Positions 6,682-10,934 of a stretch of DNA of 10,934 bases are shown one piece after another. The notes beneath the pieces were generated by a model. It saw only the letters and a program-made list of their open reading frames with translations. It did not search any database and had not been told where the DNA came from. The number at the start of each line of letters is the position of its first letter. Positions within the stretch are counted from its first letter, which is position 1. The translations under genes and the position numbers were made by a program. The stretch spans positions 1-10,934 of the forward strand of contig JBGSNL010000065.1 in assembly GCA_041739675.1 (NCBI GenBank). The letters run 5' to 3'. The DNA is from a bacterium. GTDB taxonomy: Bacteria; UBA10199; 2-02-FULL-44-16; DYJF01.

Positions 6682-7719
6682 TTACCGCTTTATTTGATAA
6701 ATATAATCCTCAAATCTTTGTTCACAAAATGTCATCTTACTTGGATGCTTGCAAAAAATGTCCTTATAATTATTCTGAAAGTCGATATTTGCACAGCTTG
6801 GATTGACGACTTCAATCTTCATAAGATCTATAGTATTATCCAATGCTTTTTGGACCAATCCCAAAAAGTCCGTATCGGTCTTAGGAAATGAGTAACCAAT
6901 TAGGGTGATTTTGTGTGCTTTTTCCAAGAATTCTCCTGCCGCGTCCCATATATGGGTGATATCACCAGAAAGATCCTTTCTATATGCGGGGGGGATAATT
7001 TTTGGTGAGAGATTTTTTCCGCAATTACATTTTTGCCGTCCTAGTCCCTCTGTCACAACTCTTAGATCAAATTCTACAGGTTCTTCAATGAACCTCGTCC
7101 CGACGAAGTCATTAGGAGGTGTGATTTTTATGGCGGACGCACATGCTCTACAAACTCCCCAATTAATGGACCCATGCATTTTTAGCAATTTGGGCGTGTT
7201 TGTCTTACTATATTGGCCGACTCCGTAGTAAGGTCCCATTGTGTGATAAAACATGGCATAATCAATCAAACAGTCCCAATTAAACGTGATGATTACTGTA
7301 TTATCGACATTCTTTCTCCTTGCCCATACACCGTCTTCGTAAGGAAATAGCTTCTCAACAAATGATTCATAGACACTATCAGGTCGATATTTTTTCCCGT
7401 CATAGTTAACAAGACAACCATTCAGGTCCAAAACACCCAAAACAACTTTTTCAAGGGCCTCAAGAACCTCTGTGTCGTTAAATTCAAGAGCCAGCCTGTA
7501 TACATCTTCTATGTTTTGTGGTTGGCAACTTTTTTTGTTGTCTAAACGAAACTGGCGCACCAACTTTATTGCAGTCTGATATCCACTACAGGCGGGCTGC
7601 CTAGCTTTATTTCCCTCACATAGTGTTTCTGCTTTATCAAAAAAATCAGAGAGTATCGGCAAGCCAGCGTGATAAGACGCCCCAGCACCGAGTATATAAA
7701 CATGATATTTTTGAATCAT
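6682..7719 (-). CDS. Stand-alone SIR2-family (SIR2_2-like) NAD-binding protein, possible anti-phage NADase
   Basis: Motifs YILGAGAS, IITFNWD, LLKMHGS, IIPP and LIGYSF..TD, plus CRAC...CNC cysteines after HGS. Visibly more AT-rich than the flanking genes. Confidence 0.88.
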   Translation of the reverse strand: MIQKYHVYILGAGASYHAGLPILSDFFDKAETLCEGNKARQPACSGYQTAIKLVRQFRLDNKKSCQPQNIEDVYRLALEFNDTEVLEALEKVVLGVLDLNGCLVNYDGKKYRPDSVYESFVEKLFPYEDGVWARRKNVDNTVIITFNWDCLIDYAMFYHTMGPYYGVGQYSKTNTPKLLKMHGSINWGVCRACASAIKITPPNDFVGTRFIEEPVEFDLRVVTEGLGRQKCNCGKNLSPKIIPPAYRKDLSGDITHIWDAAGEFLEKAHKITLIGYSFPKTDTDFLGLVQKALDNTIDLMKIEVVNPSCANIDFQNNYKDIFCKHPSKMTFCEQRFEDYIYQIKR

Positions 7720-7891
7720 AAACTCTCATCCCCGTAATATATTGCACAGGCATCGCCTTCGCAATGATGTCTTGCCGTTGGCGGCGATTTGGTACCGACG
7801 TTGCGAATTCTATACGCCCGCGGTTGGGGGTTATCAAGGGACAAAAGGGGAAAGAACAAGTTAAACTTGAGGTTTAGAAAAAGCGGGAGAG

Positions 7892-8120
7892 GCAATCCCG
7901 TGCGGGCCGGGGCTCGCGAAGCAGGCCATGCCCGAAAGACGAGACGCCAATCACCATGCTGGCTGATATCTCATCGCCGGCTCGCCAATTAACAATACGG
8001 AGACGATGCAACTTCTGGATGGGCGCCCGGAAGGTGGGCGATTAACCGCCAGCATGAGCGTTGGCGGCGAAGGCGAAGGGCCTAGGCCTGCGGCGCGGGC
8101 CACGGCCCGCATGGGATTGC
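7892..8120. repeat. Long interrupted hairpin (about 229 nt)
   Basis: Outer stem 7892-7927 / 8085-8120 has 31/36 Watson-Crick pairs. Inner stems: GCCC/GGGC, CGCCAA/TTGGCG (7945-7950/8061-8066), CATGCTGGC/GCCAGCATG (7955-7963/8048-8056), ATCGCC/GGCGAT (7973-7978/8037-8042). Confidence 0.88.
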
Positions 8121-8148
8121 TTCGTCGCTGGGGCTCCTCGAAATGACA
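8115..8148 (-). repeat. REP-like motif of the (C/T)GTCATTGCGAG...GAAGCAATC class
   Basis: The - strand reads TGTCATTTCGAGGAGCCCCAGCGACGAAGCAATC, resembling the widespread intergenic repeat GTCATTGCGAGGAGC..CGACGAAGCAATC (recognised from memory). It begins 11 nt after the stop of the PLP enzyme gene. Confidence 0.65.
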
Positions 8149-8159
8149 ACTGGGCAGAT

Positions 8160-9536
8160 TTAACGCTGTTCTTTTACCGCGCGGTCGATCACGGTGATCT
8201 TCTCTTGTTCTTTCAGCCAATACTCTGGACTTCTCTGGGCGCGCAGATCGTCGACCGATTTTCCCTGCTGCTCGACCCATGTATAATATTTGAGATGCGC
8301 CCACGAGTCGTGCGCGAGCTTGTCCGCATCGCGGATCCAGCTCGTGTCGGCTCCGTGAAAGATCGTCTTGATTCTGCGTGCCGCTTCATCCTTATCCATC
8401 TTTCCGAATTCTTTCGTGAGGTCGGCGAGAATGCTGTAGTAGCGATCAAGGCTGTCTGTCGCCACCGTGAAAATGACGTCGCCGGCGCCCAGCTTGTAGA
8501 ATTTGGCGGTCTTGATTGCTCCCAGAATGTTGCAAATGCCTGAGATGCCTAAAAGTGTGGAGAGACGCTGTATATCGCCATGCGGCACTCCCATTGCGTC
8601 GAGGGCCTTGAAGCCTCCCTCTTCGGCCACCACCTGCATCCCCTTCTTGCAGTTCATGTCGTCTATGCACATCAGCGCATCCATGTTGTCCGTATTGTGA
8701 ATCCACGTGACATGCTTGTCGCCAATGCCCTGAATGTCGTGGTCGCCGAAACCGTTGTTGTAAAGGGTCGGGCACTGTATAGGCTCAAGGCCCACAACTC
8801 GGCAATTTTTGTGTTGCTGCTTTATGCGGTCGCCCGAGCCGATCGTCCCCGCCGAGCCCATCGCCGAACAGAAGCCGGCGAGATTTTTTGCGCCGATGCT
8901 TTTTTTGAGCTCCTCAAAAAGTTCCAGAATGGAATTTCCCGTGACATGATAATGAAAGCGGTAGTTTCCGAATTCGGCAAACTGGTTGACGATTATCGTG
9001 TCCTTCTCGCGCGCAAGCTCGTGCGTCTTGTCGTATATCTCCTTCACGTTGCTCTCGCAGCCGGGAGTCGCGACATAATCGGCCCCGTACGATTTGATCT
9101 TTTCAAAACGCTCGCGGCTCATCCTTTCGGGCAGAATGACGAGCGATTTATATCCCATGCGCGGCCCCACATACGCGCCGCCGATGCCATAGTTGCCCGT
9201 GGAAGGCCAGACCAGACGGTGTTTTCCGGGCGTCACATCGCCCGCCACTTGCTTTTCAATGGTACACGAATACGTAGCACCCACCTTGTGGGAACCGGTC
9301 GGGAAGTGTTTTCCCACGATGACAACAATATCCGCGTCCACGTTCGTTAGGGCCTTGGGCAGAACAATGTGCCTGACTTTGCTGTCTTTATCTTTCCAGG
9401 TGATGTTGTAGAGGTTCACCGGGTCGAGCGGAGAACCCTCAAGCGCTTCGAGGGCTCTCTTCCTGACGTTCGGATCTATTTTTTCAGGATGGAGCATCTC
9501 GTCGAACGTCGGGCCGAACACAAAATCGTGCTTCAT
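8160..9536 (-). CDS. PLP-dependent enzyme, fold type II (cysteine synthase / tryptophan synthase beta superfamily)
   Basis: Schiff-base Lys context FPTGSHKVG; PSTGNYG; NQF; phosphate loop MGSAGTIG; VGLEP; IQGIG; GISG. At 458 aa it has N- and C-terminal extensions relative to CysK. Confidence 0.9.
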   Translation of the reverse strand: MKHDFVFGPTFDEMLHPEKIDPNVRKRALEALEGSPLDPVNLYNITWKDKDSKVRHIVLPKALTNVDADIVVIVGKHFPTGSHKVGATYSCTIEKQVAGDVTPGKHRLVWPSTGNYGIGGAYVGPRMGYKSLVILPERMSRERFEKIKSYGADYVATPGCESNVKEIYDKTHELAREKDTIIVNQFAEFGNYRFHYHVTGNSILELFEELKKSIGAKNLAGFCSAMGSAGTIGSGDRIKQQHKNCRVVGLEPIQCPTLYNNGFGDHDIQGIGDKHVTWIHNTDNMDALMCIDDMNCKKGMQVVAEEGGFKALDAMGVPHGDIQRLSTLLGISGICNILGAIKTAKFYKLGAGDVIFTVATDSLDRYYSILADLTKEFGKMDKDEAARRIKTIFHGADTSWIRDADKLAHDSWAHLKYYTWVEQQGKSVDDLRAQRSPEYWLKEQEKITVIDRAVKEQR

Positions 9537-10870
9537 AATCTACTCCATAGTTTTTTTGACAATATACGCGCGTCGGCTGCAATTTTTTCTTCATCCACAA
9601 CCTTGATCTCAAAATCCTTCATAAGTATCCTGCCGCCGCAGATCGTCGTCCTCACAGGAAGATTCATGACGCCGTAAAGAATATGCGCCCAGATATTCTT
9701 ATTCGTCAACGGCGTTTGCGGTATGTAATCGCTGATTATAACATCCGCCGCCGCTCCTTTTTGCAGCGCCCCTACCTTCATTCCGAATATCTTCGATGCT
9801 ATCTGAGGATTGGTTTCCATCGCCGCCTTTTTTGTCTCTGCAAATCCCACACCGGCCTTCCTTGCCACAATCCTGTGAAGAACCGACGCGAGTTTGACGT
9901 CGCCGGTTACGGACGCGCTCATGCCGTCCGTGCCGATGCCGACGGGAATTCTTTTCCCGCTCATCTTGATGAACGGCGCGACACCCACAGCATTTCCAAG
10001 ATTTGATTGAGGATTGTGAACGACAAACGTGCGCGATTTTTTCAAAATATCCAGATCGCGCCCGTCCACATGGACACAGTGCGCAGCAACGGTTCCCTCT
10101 CTCAGTATCCCTTCATTATAGAGGCGCCTTACCACGCTCTCTTTGTATTTTCTTTTTGCGTCCCTGACATCTTCCATCCCTTCCGCAACATGAATATGCG
10201 CGCCCACGCCGTAGTTGTCCATCTCGCGGCGCGACTCGGCAAGCGTGTGATCTGAAAGGGTCATCGACGCGTGAAGCCCCACCATGCCCCGGAGCGGGTA
10301 CGAAGCATTCTTGCTCACATGTTTCTGACATGATTCGAGAAACGACGCGTTTTCCCTGATCGATTCGTCGCGCGCCTTTCCCCCGTTCCTGTCGGAGACT
10401 TCAAAACAAAGCGAGCCGCGAACGCCGGTCTTCAAAAACGCACCGGCAATCGTGGAGAGCGATCCCCTTATGAAACCGTAACTCGCATGATGATCGAAGA
10501 CGGTTGTTACACCCGATTTGATCGAGTCAATGAGCCCCAGAAGCGCGCTGTAATAGACGTCCTCTTCATTGAGGGCCTTGTCCAGACGCCACCATAATTT
10601 TTCAAGGATCTCGCCGAACGAATTCATCCGCGAAAGGGTGAGCCCCTTTGCAAACTGGCTGTAGAGATGCATGTGGGGATTGATGAAGCCGGCGAGCACT
10701 ACGTGTCCGCCGGCATCGATTATCTGAACCGATTTTCCCCTTGGCGCGTTCTTCACCTGCCCCAGCGACTTGACCATCCCGTTTTCAACATACAAATAGC
10801 CGTCCCCTATTACTCTCATAGGGCCGGCTATCAGATGTGCATTCGTTATGAGAATCGGCTTCAAATTCAT
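9533..10870 (-). CDS. ssnA: SsnA-like metal-dependent amidohydrolase
   Basis: INPHMHLYSQFAKG (HxH), LEKLWWRLDKAL, GVTTVFDHHAS, GLHASMTLS, HIHVAEG, AAHCVH, HNPQSN..NAVG, GTDG. Its stop overlaps the next start (ATGA at 9536-9533). Confidence 0.82.
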   Translation of the reverse strand: MNLKPILITNAHLIAGPMRVIGDGYLYVENGMVKSLGQVKNAPRGKSVQIIDAGGHVVLAGFINPHMHLYSQFAKGLTLSRMNSFGEILEKLWWRLDKALNEEDVYYSALLGLIDSIKSGVTTVFDHHASYGFIRGSLSTIAGAFLKTGVRGSLCFEVSDRNGGKARDESIRENASFLESCQKHVSKNASYPLRGMVGLHASMTLSDHTLAESRREMDNYGVGAHIHVAEGMEDVRDAKRKYKESVVRRLYNEGILREGTVAAHCVHVDGRDLDILKKSRTFVVHNPQSNLGNAVGVAPFIKMSGKRIPVGIGTDGMSASVTGDVKLASVLHRIVARKAGVGFAETKKAAMETNPQIASKIFGMKVGALQKGAAADVIISDYIPQTPLTNKNIWAHILYGVMNLPVRTTICGGRILMKDFEIKVVDEEKIAADARILSKKLWSRL

Positions 10871-10872
10871 CT

Positions 10873-10934
10873 CTATTGAACAGGAGCCGGCGGCGGTGGA
10901 ACAGGTTGCACCGCGGCTGGCGGCTGCGGCGCAA
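10873..10934 (-). CDS. 3' end of an upstream gene with a Pro-rich C-terminus (partial)
   Basis: The - strand reads APQPPAAVQPVPPPPAPVQ* with TAG at 10875-10873, 2 nt before the ssnA ATG. Product cannot be identified. Confidence 0.55.
   Translation of the reverse strand, partial: APQPPAAVQPVPPPPAPVQ

Noticed and set aside
6609..6690. Integron attC site after the Sir2 stop
   Set aside because: The stop lies in CGGTAAC, but I found no matching GTTRRRY box or R/L-box hairpin at attC spacing.
6682..7719. Assignment to Thoeris, Sir2-HerA, SPARSA or DSR
   Set aside because: No TIR, HerA or pAgo neighbour, and no SLOG/Macro, APAZ or long C-terminal domain is evident.
7806..7836. Sir2 promoter TTGATA...TATAGAAT on the - strand
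   Set aside because: A 17-nt spacer gives TATAGA and the better TAGAAT needs 19 nt; possible, but too weak to call.
7789..8543. ORFs 7789-7992, 7951-8304 and 8061-8543
   Set aside because: They run through the GC-rich hairpin or antisense to the PLP gene and have no recognisable motifs.

Overview
Bacterial window with three blocks. (1) A + strand copper/heavy-metal cluster (1-5752): the 3' end of a probable CusB-type adaptor, a CusA-type RND pump with the Cu(I)/Ag(I) Met triad, a secreted tandem YHS/TRASH protein, a secreted tandem CPxH heavy-metal-binding protein, an SO_0444/ArsP-type permease and a small membrane protein. (2) A - strand accessory block (5733-8150): a YacP-like NYN nuclease and an AT-rich stand-alone Sir2-family gene. 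The Sir2 gene lies between two unrelated long imperfect palindromes: 337 bp at 6272-6608 with a nested 21-bp repeat cluster, and about 230 bp at 7892-8120 joined to a TGTCATT-type REP-like motif. (3) A - strand operon (8160-10934): an SsnA-like amidohydrolase translationally coupled to a fold-type II PLP enzyme, plus the Pro-rich tail of an upstream gene. The most interesting signal is the hairpin-bracketed Sir2 cassette. All calls come from reading motifs by eye; no searches were run.
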